Shown: positions 19,030-29,922, counted from the first letter of the stretch. The stretch is DNA of 48,571 nt from an uncultured archaeon (GCA_964372665.1 CAYJRE010000002.1:768-49338); one strand, 5' to 3'. Numbers and translations: made by a program. The notes: a model not told the origin generated them from the sequence alone.

Positions 19030-19338
19030 CTAACGCCTGTTTTTCAATCGTCGGGAAACGCGGAACGGTCTCGTTCTCCTATAAATGAGCAATGCCACCC
19101 CCGCCAAAATAACAAATGCCGCGTAGTTCCAAGGGGAAGGTAACACGTTCACGTCCGGGTCCAAATACAAGGCGATGCTCACCGCGATGCTCACCGCCAA
19201 CAAAACTTCGACGATCCACAAAACTGGCAATCGCTTATCCTCCATGATTCTCTGCCATTTGAATCGGAGCATTTCCTGGAATGAGGCATTCATCCATGCC
19301 TCCCACGACCCCGAAGAGGAACGAGCCTTTCTTTTCAT
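19030..19338 (-). CDS. Small two-TM membrane protein
   Basis: Two hydrophobic helices; ATGA overlap with the upstream Cys-repeat gene. Confidence 0.65.
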   Translation of the reverse strand: MKRKARSSSGSWEAWMNASFQEMLRFKWQRIMEDKRLPVLWIVEVLLAVSIAVSIALYLDPDVNVLPSPWNYAAFVILAGVALLIYRRTRPFRVSRRLKNRR

Positions 19339-21191
19339 GACAAACAACTCTCTCGTAAAACTTCGTTGAAGATATTCTCACACAAATCGTCCGCGTTTCC
19401 CTTCGTGGCAATATGGTTCCAACACGTGTCGCGGGCCAAATGGGCCTCATTCGTATCCAAGGATAGCTTCAGCGGAACGCTACTGCAAACCGAGAAATCA
19501 GCTTTGGCCAAACCTGCCATTCCATAACACAATCCTTTCTGGTATTGGGCCGGAACATATGTGCAGGGCGCGGTGCTCCCTATCTTCCCCGCAATGTTCG
19601 TCAAACACTCTTGCTCGAGCGTTGGGTTCGTGGTGCTGATGTTCAAGCAATACTGCCAATCGTTTAACGCTTCGGCCACCGACTGAATGCACGAATCTTT
19701 TTGTTTCTTACTCACGATTTTAGTGCAAGTTGATTTGTCTTTGACAGAAGAGGATACCCCTGCGTAGCATCCGTCTCGTGTCAGAGGGCTATTAATCTTT
19801 TCGCACGAAAGAGCCGAGGAGGATGAGAGCGCTACCGCTTTATAGCATGCATCCCGCAGATCTATATCAACAACCTTTACGCAAAGGGCGTCATTTTTCA
19901 GGCCGGCGGCCACATTTGTATAACATTCCATTTTTAGTTCTGAACCCGTGATGGAATCGCACCCTTCTTCGTTTAGCGAAACCGAACTCACTACATTCAA
20001 ACACGAATCTCGTGGAGAAGAGAGGTCAATGTTCAAGCAGAGAGTGGAAGCGTTCGTATCTTTGGCAATATTGGTGTAGCAATCGCTCTGATAATCTTTA
20101 ACGTCTGTTATGATGCTCAGCAATCCGCAGAAAGAGGCGTCTTTCGATTTTACTGCCGCATCTAGAATGCATGCCTCTCGAGCCACTCCTGAAAGTACAT
20201 TGCACGCTTCGACTGAGCCAATTGTTTTCGCGATATTCGACACACATGATTCTCTTTTGGTGGCATTCGAGATGTAACCACAAATCGTCTTGTCTTTGAG
20301 AGTGGAAGCCATCGTAGTATAACATCCATCTCGCGTCGCTTGTCCTATAACCCGCGTGCATAGCTCGACTTGCTGCGTAGACTGCGCCAAGTCTTTGAAG
20401 CAAATATCCCGCTTTGCAATATCAGTGATAGCGACACATGCATCCCCACTTTCATTTGCGGCTTGAACGCCGGCCAAGCAAGCGGCTCTTATGGACGGGG
20501 TCTGGATCCCTTCGCAAAGCTTCGCATTGACTTGGGCCACGGCCACCTTGTACAAACAGTCTTCCCGTGCCTCCATCGACAAAATTTGCTGGCACGCCGA
20601 ACTATTTTTAGCAACCACTGCGGTTGCAATAAGGCACGATTCTTTTTCGGTAACAGAATCAATAAGTGAGCAAAACCCCGGATTATTGGCCGATTTTGCG
20701 ACTTCAATCAGGCATGCATTCTTTCTTTCCCCAGCCGCGTAACAAAAAACCTGATTTTTTAGTACGCGAGCCGCATGGCGATTGCAATTTTCCTTTTGAG
20801 ACTCGACCATCGCGGCACAAATTTTTCCATCTCCAATCCAAGAAGGATTCGCATCCACGCACAAGGCCTGAGTAGCATATGCTGCAATATTCATACAAAT
20901 TTTTCCATCTTTATTGACTGAAGCAACTTTCGAGTAACATGAATCCTTCGTTTCCTGGCTCACGATGCGCGTGCATAACTCCTCATTTTTTTCAGTTGCC
21001 GCGCGATCCGAAAAACACGCGTCTCTCGATTCGGCATCCGTGAATGCTTCACACGCCACTGGAATCGTGTTCGTTGGATTCGGATTCACAAAAATGGAAT
21101 CCGTACACCCGGACACAAAAATAAGCGCTAACAAAAAAAGCGGGAGCCAATTCCAAACAACAATTGTTTTGAACATGGGGGGGAGACTCAA
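19335..21191 (-). CDS. Cys-rich tandem-repeat surface lipoprotein
   Basis: Lipobox-like FVSGC; 22 repeats of ~26 aa, C-x2-I-x5-(R/K)(D/E)-x-C; start may be 21176. Confidence 0.85.
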   Translation of the reverse strand: MSLPPMFKTIVVWNWLPLFLLALIFVSGCTDSIFVNPNPTNTIPVACEAFTDAESRDACFSDRAATEKNEELCTRIVSQETKDSCYSKVASVNKDGKICMNIAAYATQALCVDANPSWIGDGKICAAMVESQKENCNRHAARVLKNQVFCYAAGERKNACLIEVAKSANNPGFCSLIDSVTEKESCLIATAVVAKNSSACQQILSMEAREDCLYKVAVAQVNAKLCEGIQTPSIRAACLAGVQAANESGDACVAITDIAKRDICFKDLAQSTQQVELCTRVIGQATRDGCYTTMASTLKDKTICGYISNATKRESCVSNIAKTIGSVEACNVLSGVAREACILDAAVKSKDASFCGLLSIITDVKDYQSDCYTNIAKDTNASTLCLNIDLSSPRDSCLNVVSSVSLNEEGCDSITGSELKMECYTNVAAGLKNDALCVKVVDIDLRDACYKAVALSSSSALSCEKINSPLTRDGCYAGVSSSVKDKSTCTKIVSKKQKDSCIQSVAEALNDWQYCLNISTTNPTLEQECLTNIAGKIGSTAPCTYVPAQYQKGLCYGMAGLAKADFSVCSSVPLKLSLDTNEAHLARDTCWNHIATKGNADDLCENIFNEVLRESCLS

Positions 21192-21206
21192 TCTGTCTAT
21201 ATAAGA

Positions 21207-21722
21207 TTAGGCAACCCACCCCAACCAAAACGCCCACCCCAATCGAAAGAAGAGGGAATAGTTCACGATTCCCGCAATCAACGCCAGTCCAACCGAAAGC
21301 GGCCACAGAAACCCGAAAAGGATCCCTTTCCCCATTTTAGTGAGCAACCCCGGGTTTTCTTTCCTCAACTCGCTGAAACGCCGACGAATGGTATACGGGA
21401 TATTCCAAAGGTCCTGGTTCGAAGGGATTGAATGAAAGGCGATCGAAAAACCCAACCACCCCCAAAACAAACCCACTTGCCACTGATAACTCGCCGCATT
21501 CTTTGCGACTGAAAAGAGTAACACGGACACGACCGTTCCCACCAGTAATGGAGCCAATGCGATCAAAAAACTGTGCCGGGTCTTAGAAGGGTCATGCACC
21601 ACCAATCCGGAATGGGGCCGAATCTCGACGCGATGAACCTTCACCTCGGAAAGATAGCAGGCCAACGCGTGCGAAAGCTCATGAACCCAAACCCCAGGAA
21701 AGAAAACCCAAACCCAATCCAT
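21207..21722 (-). CDS. Membrane zinc metalloprotease (M50-like)
   Basis: HELSH, IALAPL, PSNQD, several TM helices. Confidence 0.7.
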   Translation of the reverse strand: MDWVWVFFPGVWVHELSHALACYLSEVKVHRVEIRPHSGLVVHDPSKTRHSFLIALAPLLVGTVVSVLLFSVAKNAASYQWQVGLFWGWLGFSIAFHSIPSNQDLWNIPYTIRRRFSELRKENPGLLTKMGKGILFGFLWPLSVGLALIAGIVNYSLFFRLGWAFWLGWVA

Positions 21723-21731
21723 GGAAAAAAG

Positions 21732-22232
21732 TCACTTCTGTTTCACGGCCGCGGTTCCCACCGATTGGGATTGCCGCTTAACCGACTTTGGTTTAGGAAG
21801 CGAACGATTCTCCAAATCCAACCCAAACGCGCGATCGATTTCCTTCGCGGTTTCTTCCATGCGGTCAAAAATACGCTTGATATCCTCTTCCACTTCCTGG
21901 ATCGTTCTCACCATGCTGCGGGAGCGCGATAAATACGCACGTCCCTGCCTCACCACTAATCCAGCCGCCTGCAAATTATTTAAATGATGAATCACCGCCC
22001 CCCTCGATAAATTGATTTTTTGGGCGATTTCAGAAGACGAAATCCCTTTTCCTTCTTCAGTCGCACGCACCACGAGTTTGAAAACGTCCATCGTGGTCTT
22101 GTCCCGATCCAATGAACTCAAGCCCAACGACTGGCCAATCCACTCCAAGTCGCGCTCCACGCTTTTCTCGTACGGGGGTTCCACCCTCCGAATCACGATT
22201 CGAAAGGAGGCCCGACGAATGATTCCCGCCAT
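21732..22232 (-). CDS. Winged-HTH transcriptional regulator (ArsR/TrmB-like)
   Basis: SSSEIAQKINLSRGAVIHHLNNLQAAGLV plus C-terminal helix; start taken as ATG 22232. Confidence 0.85.
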   Translation of the reverse strand: MAGIIRRASFRIVIRRVEPPYEKSVERDLEWIGQSLGLSSLDRDKTTMDVFKLVVRATEEGKGISSSEIAQKINLSRGAVIHHLNNLQAAGLVVRQGRAYLSRSRSMVRTIQEVEEDIKRIFDRMEETAKEIDRAFGLDLENRSLPKPKSVKRQSQSVGTAAVKQK

Positions 22233-22289
22233 GCACCAATGAAAAGGGAGAGAAAGCCTTAAAAAAAGAATGATTAGAAATCCATGTAA

Positions 22290-22310
22290 TTGTCTAAAAA
22301 AATTAGACAA
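22290..22310. promoter_or_regulatory. Palindromic operator candidate
   Basis: TTGTCTAA-N5-TTAGACAA between the HTH gene and the dnaK operon. Confidence 0.6.
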
Positions 22311-22345
22311 ATGGGGTTTTTTGGCCCAGGAAAGGGAAAAAAGGA

Positions 22346-22705
22346 ATGCATTCCATGTACCATTTAGCGAAAGTCGTCGAAGTATTTTCCAAAAACGAGA
22401 AAACAATCGCCTCCGATAGTTCAGTGCAGGTGCAACTCGAGATGTGGGACGACAATCTCATCATCTTCGGGGTACATCCCGAACTCAATCCGCACATCCA
22501 GAAAGGACAATACGTGTTAGTCGAATACGGTTTCCACGCCCCCAATGTTCCAGTGAACACCATTATTAAGATTCTTGATCCGAAGGTCGGAGAAGCATCT
22601 TGGAAACGCATGAAATCCTTTTACGATAAACGAAAAAGGCAAATGAGCGGAACTCCTGACCAGATGGAAATGGAGAGCATCGGCGAGCGCGGGATGGTGC
22701 GCTAA
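22346..22705 (+). CDS. Hypothetical protein, first gene of the dnaK operon
   Basis: 119-aa beta-rich ORF ending shortly before grpE. Confidence 0.75.
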   Translation: MHSMYHLAKVVEVFSKNEKTIASDSSVQVQLEMWDDNLIIFGVHPELNPHIQKGQYVLVEYGFHAPNVPVNTIIKILDPKVGEASWKRMKSFYDKRKRQMSGTPDQMEMESIGERGMVR

Positions 22706-22724
22706 CTCACGAGCGGTGACTATC

Positions 22725-23273
22725 ATGCCCGAGAATCCAAACGCACCGAAAGAAAATCTTTCCACCTTGACCGGCAAAACCGCTGTCTTATCCGTAGAAG
22801 AATTAACCAGCACCCTTAAACAAGTTCAAGCCGACTTCGAAAACTATCGAAAACGAACCCAACAAGAACTCAATGCGAACTATTTGAGGGGAAAGGCCGC
22901 TGCGTTAAAAGAAATGTTGGATTTTTCCGATACCCTCGATTCGGCCATCGCGAAGGTTCAAGACTCGCACAAAAAAGATTTAGAAAATTTGCGTATTCAA
23001 TTCTTGAAAATCTTGGCCCAAAATGGCGTGAAACCCATTCAAACGATTGGAAAGATGTTTGACCCTTTCACGAGCGAGTGCATGATCCAAGGAAAAGACC
23101 CAACCACGAGGGATGAAATCGTGCTGGAAGAAATCCAAAAAGGGTATTTTTTCCATCAGGATGTGTTGCGCACCGCCAAGGTGAAAGTGAATAAGCATGA
23201 AGAACCAAAAGAAAACGAAACAAAAGACACTAATCAAAAAACAAGTAAACCAAATGGGGGCGATATGAAATGA
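22725..23273 (+). CDS. grpE: Nucleotide exchange factor GrpE
   Basis: QADFENYRKR, FDP, QKGY....VLRTAKVKV. Confidence 0.95.
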   Translation: MPENPNAPKENLSTLTGKTAVLSVEELTSTLKQVQADFENYRKRTQQELNANYLRGKAAALKEMLDFSDTLDSAIAKVQDSHKKDLENLRIQFLKILAQNGVKPIQTIGKMFDPFTSECMIQGKDPTTRDEIVLEEIQKGYFFHQDVLRTAKVKVNKHEEPKENETKDTNQKTSKPNGGDMK

Positions 23274-23306
23274 GTGAAACGATAACAAAAAACGGGGGTA
23301 AAAAAT

Positions 23307-25214
23307 ATGAGTAAAATCCTAGGGTGCGACCTCGGAACCAGTAATTCCGCGGCTTCTATTTTAGAGGGAGGAAAACCCCGAATCATTCCAAGTGCGGAAG
23401 GAATCACATTGTACGGAAAAGCCTTTCCCTCCGTGGTGGCATTTACCAAAGACAGCCAAGTCTTAGTGGGAGAACCTGCCCGGCGGCAAGCCATTTCGAA
23501 TCCAGACGGAACCATCACCGCCGCCAAACGAAAAATGGGAACCAACCACGTTTACAAAGTGTTTGGAAAAGAGTACACTCCCCAGCAAATATCCGCTTTC
23601 ATTCTGCAAAAAATAAAAAAAGACGCCGAATCATTCTTGGGAGAAAAAATAGAGAAAGCCGTGATCACGGTCCCTGCTTATTTCGACGACAACCAGCGCC
23701 AAGCCACCAAAGACGCGGGAAAAATTGCCGGCTTGGACGTGATTCGCATCGTCAACGAACCCACCGCAGCTAGCCTAGCGTACGGGCTCGACAAAAAAGG
23801 AGGAGAGAAGAAAATTCTCGTATTCGATTTAGGTGGAGGAACATTAGACGTCACCATCATGGAATTCGGTGACGGAGTATTCGAAGTCAAATCCACGAGC
23901 GGGGACATGCAACTCGGCGGAACCGACATGGATGCCAGCTTAGTGGATTGGATTCTCAAAGAATTCAAGCGAACCGACTCCGTTGACTTGACCAAAGACA
24001 AAGTGGCCATGCAGCGCGTAAAAGAGGCCGCAGAGAAAGCCAAAATAGAACTCTCTACAACGCTGGAAACCGAAATCAACTTGCCTTATATTACCGTAGA
24101 CCAAACAGGGCCGAAACATTTAGTGATGAAGCTCAACCGCGCCAAGCTCGAAGAATTGGTGAGTTCCATCATCAAGCGGTGCGAAAAACCCGTCAACCAA
24201 GCTTTAGCAGACGCCAAACTCTTGCCCGGAGACATCTCGCGCGTGATTTTAGTCGGAGGACCCACACGCATGCCCATCGTTCAACAATTCGTGGAAAAAA
24301 CATTGGGAACCAAAGTCGAACGCGGAGTAGACCCGATGGAATGCGTTGCCATGGGAGCGGCCATCCAAGCCGGCGTGCTGAGCGGAGAAATAAAGGACGT
24401 CTTACTATTGGATGTGACCCCCCTCTCGCTCGGAATTGAAACCCTTGGAGGCGTATTCACCAAACTCGTGGAACGGAATACAACAATCCCCCACAAAAAA
24501 AGCCAAATCTTTTCCACGGCCGCAGACAACCAACCAGCAGTGGAAATCAAAGTGTTTCAAGGAGAACGACCCATAGCACAAGACAACAAACAATTGGGAA
24601 CATTCGTCTTGCAAGGAATTCCCCCAGCACCGAGAGGAGTTCCCCAAATAGAAGTCACGTTTGATTTGGATGCGAATGGCATCCTCAACGTGAGCGCGAA
24701 AGACACGGGAACCGGAAAACAACAGAGCATCCAAATCATTGCCGCCAACAGGCTCGATGAGAAAGAAGTCGACCAAATGAAGAAACTCGCGGAAGAATTT
24801 GCAGAAGCCGACAAAAAAAGAAAAGAAGAAGTCGAAACCGTCAACCAGGCCGATGCCACAGTCTACCAAACCGAAAAAATGCTGGAAGAAATGAAAGAAA
24901 AGGTTTCAGAAAATACGCGAAAAACAATCCAAACCCAAGTGGACAAACTCAAGGAATTGTTGGGAAAAGAACCTAAACCCGTTTCTGAGATCAAAACCAC
25001 ATTGGATAGACTAAATAAGGATTTGATGAAAATAGGACAGGAAATCTACCAAAAAACAGGCAAATCCCCGAACCCCATGGAAAACATGGGAAACGGGGGG
25101 AACGAACCCGACCAAGAAGGAGGAAACGATGGAGACGAAAAACCCGAAAACGTGGTGGACGCCGACTACGAAGTCCACGAGGACAATGACGAAAACCAAA
25201 AAAAGAAAAAATGA
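23307..25214 (+). CDS. dnaK: Chaperone DnaK (Hsp70)
   Basis: [46 protein letters not shown]. Confidence 0.98.
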   Translation: MSKILGCDLGTSNSAASILEGGKPRIIPSAEGITLYGKAFPSVVAFTKDSQVLVGEPARRQAISNPDGTITAAKRKMGTNHVYKVFGKEYTPQQISAFILQKIKKDAESFLGEKIEKAVITVPAYFDDNQRQATKDAGKIAGLDVIRIVNEPTAASLAYGLDKKGGEKKILVFDLGGGTLDVTIMEFGDGVFEVKSTSGDMQLGGTDMDASLVDWILKEFKRTDSVDLTKDKVAMQRVKEAAEKAKIELSTTLETEINLPYITVDQTGPKHLVMKLNRAKLEELVSSIIKRCEKPVNQALADAKLLPGDISRVILVGGPTRMPIVQQFVEKTLGTKVERGVDPMECVAMGAAIQAGVLSGEIKDVLLLDVTPLSLGIETLGGVFTKLVERNTTIPHKKSQIFSTAADNQPAVEIKVFQGERPIAQDNKQLGTFVLQGIPPAPRGVPQIEVTFDLDANGILNVSAKDTGTGKQQSIQIIAANRLDEKEVDQMKKLAEEFAEADKKRKEEVETVNQADATVYQTEKMLEEMKEKVSENTRKTIQTQVDKLKELLGKEPKPVSEIKTTLDRLNKDLMKIGQEIYQKTGKSPNPMENMGNGGNEPDQEGGNDGDEKPENVVDADYEVHEDNDENQKKKK

Positions 25215-25307
25215 GTTGAGCTTGAACGATAAAACGCCGTTTGAGGCGGCCTAAAAAAAACAAAAAACTATAATGACTCGTATCATAAAAGGAATGGCGA
25301 AAAAGGA

Positions 25308-26462
25308 ATGGCCAACAAAGACTACTACACCATTTTAGGGTTGCCCTCCCATGCCTCATCCGACGAAATAAAATCCGCCTACAAAAAACTCGCCAAACAA
25401 TGGCACCCGGACGTGAACAAAAGCACGCAAGCAACGGAAAAATTCAAAGAAATCTCCGAAGCGTATTCCGTTTTGTCCGATCAACAAAAAAGACAAACCT
25501 ACGACCAATTCGGCAGCGATGCAGTGAATCAAGGATTCTCCGGATTTGGTGGAGCAGGAGGGATGCCTGGCTTCGATTTCTCGGACTTTTTCAGGGAAAG
25601 CGGATTCGGAGGAATGGGAGGGTTTGGCAGCATGGAAGATTTATTCCGTTCTGCGTTTGGAGAAGGATTCGCGAGCGCCACGCGCAGGGAACAACAACCC
25701 TCGCATTTACGCGCAGATATTGAATTGACATTGGAAGAAGCCGCATTCGGAACCAAAAAGACGATTAGCGTCACTCACTTAGAAGAATGCGAAACCTGCC
25801 AGGGAACAGGTTCCTCAACCGGAAAAAAACAAACATGCAATACGTGCAAGGGAAGAGGGATGGAAACCCACACGCGACGCACCGCATTCGGGATGTTCCA
25901 AACCACCACCACGTGCTCCAAATGCGGAGGAACGGGCCAAATAATCTCCGATCCCTGCAAAACGTGCCACGGAAAAGGGAGCGTCCGAAAAACAAAACAA
26001 ATCGACGTGAGCATCCCGGCCGGAGTCGACACTGGCAACCATTTACGCATATCCAAACAAGGAAACTATGCGAACGGAAAGCATGGGGATTTGTATGTAG
26101 TCATTTTCGTGCGTCCGCATACTATTTTCAAGCGCGACAACTCCGATGTGTTGGTGGAAATGCCTGTCCCCTACTATGATGCGGTGCTCGGCGGAGAAAT
26201 CGAAGTCCCCCTATTAGACGGGAAAACCGCCACGCTGAATATTCCCGCCGGCACGAAACCCGGAACCATATTCCGCATGAGAGGAAAAGGAATCAAGCAC
26301 CTGAATGAAAACGGATTGGGGGATGAATTCGTGAAAGTGGAGATCGATGTACCAGAAAAGCTGAGCGTAGAAGAAAGAGCCATGCTGGAAGAGTTACGCG
26401 GCTCCAAAACGAACAAAAAAGGGACCAAACCCGGTAAGAAGAAAGGGTTTTTCGGGTTGTAA
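25308..26462 (+). CDS. dnaJ: Chaperone DnaJ
   Basis: J-domain HPD, G/F region, four CxxCxGxG motifs. Confidence 0.97.
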   Translation: MANKDYYTILGLPSHASSDEIKSAYKKLAKQWHPDVNKSTQATEKFKEISEAYSVLSDQQKRQTYDQFGSDAVNQGFSGFGGAGGMPGFDFSDFFRESGFGGMGGFGSMEDLFRSAFGEGFASATRREQQPSHLRADIELTLEEAAFGTKKTISVTHLEECETCQGTGSSTGKKQTCNTCKGRGMETHTRRTAFGMFQTTTTCSKCGGTGQIISDPCKTCHGKGSVRKTKQIDVSIPAGVDTGNHLRISKQGNYANGKHGDLYVVIFVRPHTIFKRDNSDVLVEMPVPYYDAVLGGEIEVPLLDGKTATLNIPAGTKPGTIFRMRGKGIKHLNENGLGDEFVKVEIDVPEKLSVEERAMLEELRGSKTNKKGTKPGKKKGFFGL

Positions 26463-26499
26463 ACGGAAATAATATAAGATACCACTATGAAAGTGTCTC

Positions 26500-26901
26500 A
26501 TGCCTACTGTAAAAAGACCCAAGTCTATGCAAAAAAGAGTTCGTGGCGGGATACTTTCTCTTGATTGGACTATTATTAATCCAAGGACTGGCCGAGTTAG
26601 TACTGCTGACTGGATGGAAGAAGAAAGCCATTATGTAAAACCTTCTGTCCTCTTTCGATCCTTTGCGCGTGATGGGTCGCGCATCCACAAATCTGAGGGA
26701 CCAGCTGAACGAAAATCTGATCGGCAAGCATTACGTACCTATTTGCAATCTCACGGGTTCTACATCGGGAGAGATGGATTAATCCGCCACATAGGGGCGG
26801 TAAGGCCTGCTAAAAAAAAAGATATCCGGGCAAAAAAGCTTTACCCCAAAAAGAAAATGGTTCACTATCCAAAAAGAGCTAAATTGCGCAGCAAAAGATA
26901 A
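26500..26901 (+). CDS. Highly basic orphan protein
   Basis: 133-aa K/R-rich ORF filling the dnaJ-valS gap; TATA-like TAATATAA upstream. Confidence 0.55.
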   Translation: MPTVKRPKSMQKRVRGGILSLDWTIINPRTGRVSTADWMEEESHYVKPSVLFRSFARDGSRIHKSEGPAERKSDRQALRTYLQSHGFYIGRDGLIRHIGAVRPAKKKDIRAKKLYPKKKMVHYPKRAKLRSKR

Positions 26902-26958
26902 ATTCTTCTGCCGTATGCAATCGACTCTTTTAACCCTTTCTCCCGTCCAATAGGGCAT

Positions 26959-29346
26959 ATGCCCCTACTCGATGCGAAACGCTGGGACAAGTCTTGGGAA
27001 GCTTCCGTCTTGCAAAAATGGAAGAACGAAAAGATATACGCGTTCAACGAGAAAGAAAATAAACCCACATTCTCGATCGACACGCCCCCTCCGTACGTCA
27101 ATTCTCCTGTGCACATGGGCCATCTTTCCAGCTACACGATCATGGATTTCTTCGCGCGATACAAGCGAATGAATGGATACAAAGTCATTTTCCCATTGGG
27201 CATGGACCGGAACGGATTGCCCATCGAAGTGGCCGCGGAAAAGAAATTCAATGTCCGCTTGCATGAAGTCGAACGAGAAAAATTCTTGGAGATGTGCAAA
27301 ACGGTTCTCGAAGAGAGCAGTATGGTTTCCATCGACACATTCTATCGCGCGGGGCACAGTTACAGTTCATGGGAAGTCGGCCCCAAAATAGGAGACATGT
27401 ATTACACCGACTCCGAAGAGTACCGCATCCTCACGCAAGACACGTTCATCGATCTCTGGAAAAAAGGGCTCATTTACGAAGACTCGCGCCTCAACAATTA
27501 CTGCCCCGGCTGCCGCACTACCCTTGCGGATAGTGAAATCATCCGAGGAGAGAAAGAAACCTTTTTGAGCCAAGTCATTTTCACCGAAACGAGCAAAAAA
27601 GAAAAAGTAACCATTGCCACAACACGGCCCGAACTCTTGTGCACGGCCGCCATCGTCATTTTCAACCCCCGCGATAAGCGCTACCAGCACTTGGAAGGAA
27701 AAAAAGCGAAAGTTCCCATCTTTGATATCGAAGTCCCTATCGTCTCCCACCCCATGGCCGACCCTGCATTCGGAACAGGACTCGTCTTCATGTCCCGCTC
27801 CGCCGGAGACACGGACGCGATCCGCTTCCTCATCGAGATGGGGATCGAATCCAAGTCCTGCATCGATGAAAAAGGACGCATGACAGAAGTAGCAGGGCCA
27901 TTGAAGGGATTGAAGACCAAAGAGGCTCGAGAAAAGATTGCCGAAATGCTGAAAGAGAAAGGATTGTTGGTCAAGCAAGACAAAATAATGCATTCGGTTC
28001 CCCTGTGCGAGCGCTCCAACGACGTGATTGAGTTCATCTCCATGCCCGAATTGTATTTGAAGCAGACGCACGTGAAGAAAGAGATGACAGACATTGCATC
28101 GGAATTGAACTTTTATTCCCCCAGTTCAAGACAAATCTTATTGGATTGGATTAATAACGTGAAAATAGACTGGCCCATCTCTCGAAGAAGGTATTATGGG
28201 ACCGAAATCCCATTATGGTATTGCAAAAAGTGCAACCACCCCCGCGTGCCTGAAAAAGGCAGCTATTACCAGCCCTGGAAGCAAAAAAGCCCCATCAAAA
28301 AATGCGAAAAGTGCGCGAGCACGGAATTCGTTGGAGAAACCCGCGTGTTCGACACGTGGTTCGACTCCTCCAACTCCGCCATGTACGTTTTGGGTAAGGA
28401 ACGCAACGAAAAATTCTTCCAAAAGAACATCCCTTGCACGATCCGCCCGCAAGGGAAAGAGATTATCCGAACTTGGTTGTATTACTCCTTATTGAAATAT
28501 TATTTGTTGCATGGGGGGAAGATGTTCGACACGGTTTGGATAAACTATCATGTGTTGGATGAGAAGGGGACCAAGATGTCCAAATCGTTAGGCAACGTGG
28601 TTGACCCGATCGAGGTCCTTAACCGATTTGGGGCAGAGCCTTTTCGTTTGTGGATGGCGCTCGAAGGAAATCTCGCAAATACTGATCTCATGTGCAGCTT
28701 CGAACGCATCGAAGGGGCAGGAAAAACGCTGACCAAATTCTGGAATGTCGCACGATTTGTTTCTAGTTTCAAAAAACCGGGGAAAAAACCAAAATTACAG
28801 CCATTGGACGAATGGATTTTAGGGGAATTATCAATGCTCATCCAAACCTGCCGTGAAGGATTCGAAAAATACGATTATCATGCGCCTGCCGCGGCACTCC
28901 GCTATTTTTTGTGGGAAACCTTTGCCTCGCACTATTTGGAACTGGTCAAGCACCGCGCCTACAACGAAAAAAATCAATTCACAAAGGAAGATAACGACGC
29001 GGCTAAATACACGCTCCATTTTTGTTTAGACCAAATACTACTATTATTCGCGCCCATCATTCCCACTTTCGCTCATTTGGTGTACAACGAGAGGCATCAC
29101 CAAGAAATTCACAACCAAACCTACCCAACGCCCTTCAAAACCAAAAAAACCAAGTTTGATACCCAAAAACTGATGGAACTGAATTCACTGATTTGGAAAA
29201 CCAAGCGCGAAAAGGGAGGAAATTTGAAAACACCCCTCCAAAACGCGATTATTCCTACTGCTTTCAAAACCATTGCCAAAGACCTCCAAATGGCACACAG
29301 CATCCAAAATCTAACCTTTGGAAAGCAAACCAAGATAGAACTTTAA
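26959..29346 (+). CDS. valS: Valine--tRNA ligase (archaeal type)
   Basis: SIDTPPP, HMGH, ATTRPE, DWPISRRRYYG, FDTWFDSS, KMSKS. Confidence 0.95.
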   Translation: MPLLDAKRWDKSWEASVLQKWKNEKIYAFNEKENKPTFSIDTPPPYVNSPVHMGHLSSYTIMDFFARYKRMNGYKVIFPLGMDRNGLPIEVAAEKKFNVRLHEVEREKFLEMCKTVLEESSMVSIDTFYRAGHSYSSWEVGPKIGDMYYTDSEEYRILTQDTFIDLWKKGLIYEDSRLNNYCPGCRTTLADSEIIRGEKETFLSQVIFTETSKKEKVTIATTRPELLCTAAIVIFNPRDKRYQHLEGKKAKVPIFDIEVPIVSHPMADPAFGTGLVFMSRSAGDTDAIRFLIEMGIESKSCIDEKGRMTEVAGPLKGLKTKEAREKIAEMLKEKGLLVKQDKIMHSVPLCERSNDVIEFISMPELYLKQTHVKKEMTDIASELNFYSPSSRQILLDWINNVKIDWPISRRRYYGTEIPLWYCKKCNHPRVPEKGSYYQPWKQKSPIKKCEKCASTEFVGETRVFDTWFDSSNSAMYVLGKERNEKFFQKNIPCTIRPQGKEIIRTWLYYSLLKYYLLHGGKMFDTVWINYHVLDEKGTKMSKSLGNVVDPIEVLNRFGAEPFRLWMALEGNLANTDLMCSFERIEGAGKTLTKFWNVARFVSSFKKPGKKPKLQPLDEWILGELSMLIQTCREGFEKYDYHAPAAALRYFLWETFASHYLELVKHRAYNEKNQFTKEDNDAAKYTLHFCLDQILLLFAPIIPTFAHLVYNERHHQEIHNQTYPTPFKTKKTKFDTQKLMELNSLIWKTKREKGGNLKTPLQNAIIPTAFKTIAKDLQMAHSIQNLTFGKQTKIEL

Positions 29347-29370
29347 ATAATCCAAAAAGACAAAGCAAGC

Positions 29371-29922
29371 ATGAATCGAACATACCTTGTCATTGCACTT
29401 GTATCCCTATTTTTGTTTTTGGGATGTATCACCGGCGGAAACGCGCGAGGCATAGCCGAAGAAATGAAGGAGAAGCGCACCCTTTTCATCCCGAGCGGCC
29501 TCTTAGTTCCGCCCCAAGCGGCTCAGCAAGAAAAATATAGAGAAGCCCTGCTTGGTTTTCGAAAAAAGGTGAGCGAGCAGGGAGGATTGGAAGCAGGACC
29601 ATTGAATTCGTATCTGAACGGCTCGCTGGCCCTGCTCGAGATGAACCAAAAAAACACGCAAGCCATCGAACTCCTGGAAAACGTGAACCCCGAGCTACCT
29701 GAATGCGGGGCCAACACTCCTCTCCAGCAAGCCATTTCGTTCTTCCAGCAAGCTCGAGAGAAAAGCGAGTATGCACGCCAAGAATTCCAAAAAGCAAAAG
29801 AGAACACAAGCATGGCAAATGGCCTTGGAGCCGACTACATCTTAAACGTCATCCAAACCACGCGCGCCATCTCATCCACGCATTCGGAACGCATCAATGA
29901 CCTTAAAAGCGCATGCGAGTAA
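29371..29922 (+). CDS. Helical lipoprotein, hypothetical
   Basis: Signal peptide with lipobox-like FLGC. Confidence 0.7.
   Translation: MNRTYLVIALVSLFLFLGCITGGNARGIAEEMKEKRTLFIPSGLLVPPQAAQQEKYREALLGFRKKVSEQGGLEAGPLNSYLNGSLALLEMNQKNTQAIELLENVNPELPECGANTPLQQAISFFQQAREKSEYARQEFQKAKENTSMANGLGADYILNVIQTTRAISSTHSERINDLKSACE

Noticed and set aside
22290..22310. CIRCE element
   Set aside because: Does not match TTAGCACTC-N9-GAGTGCTAA and no hrcA is present.
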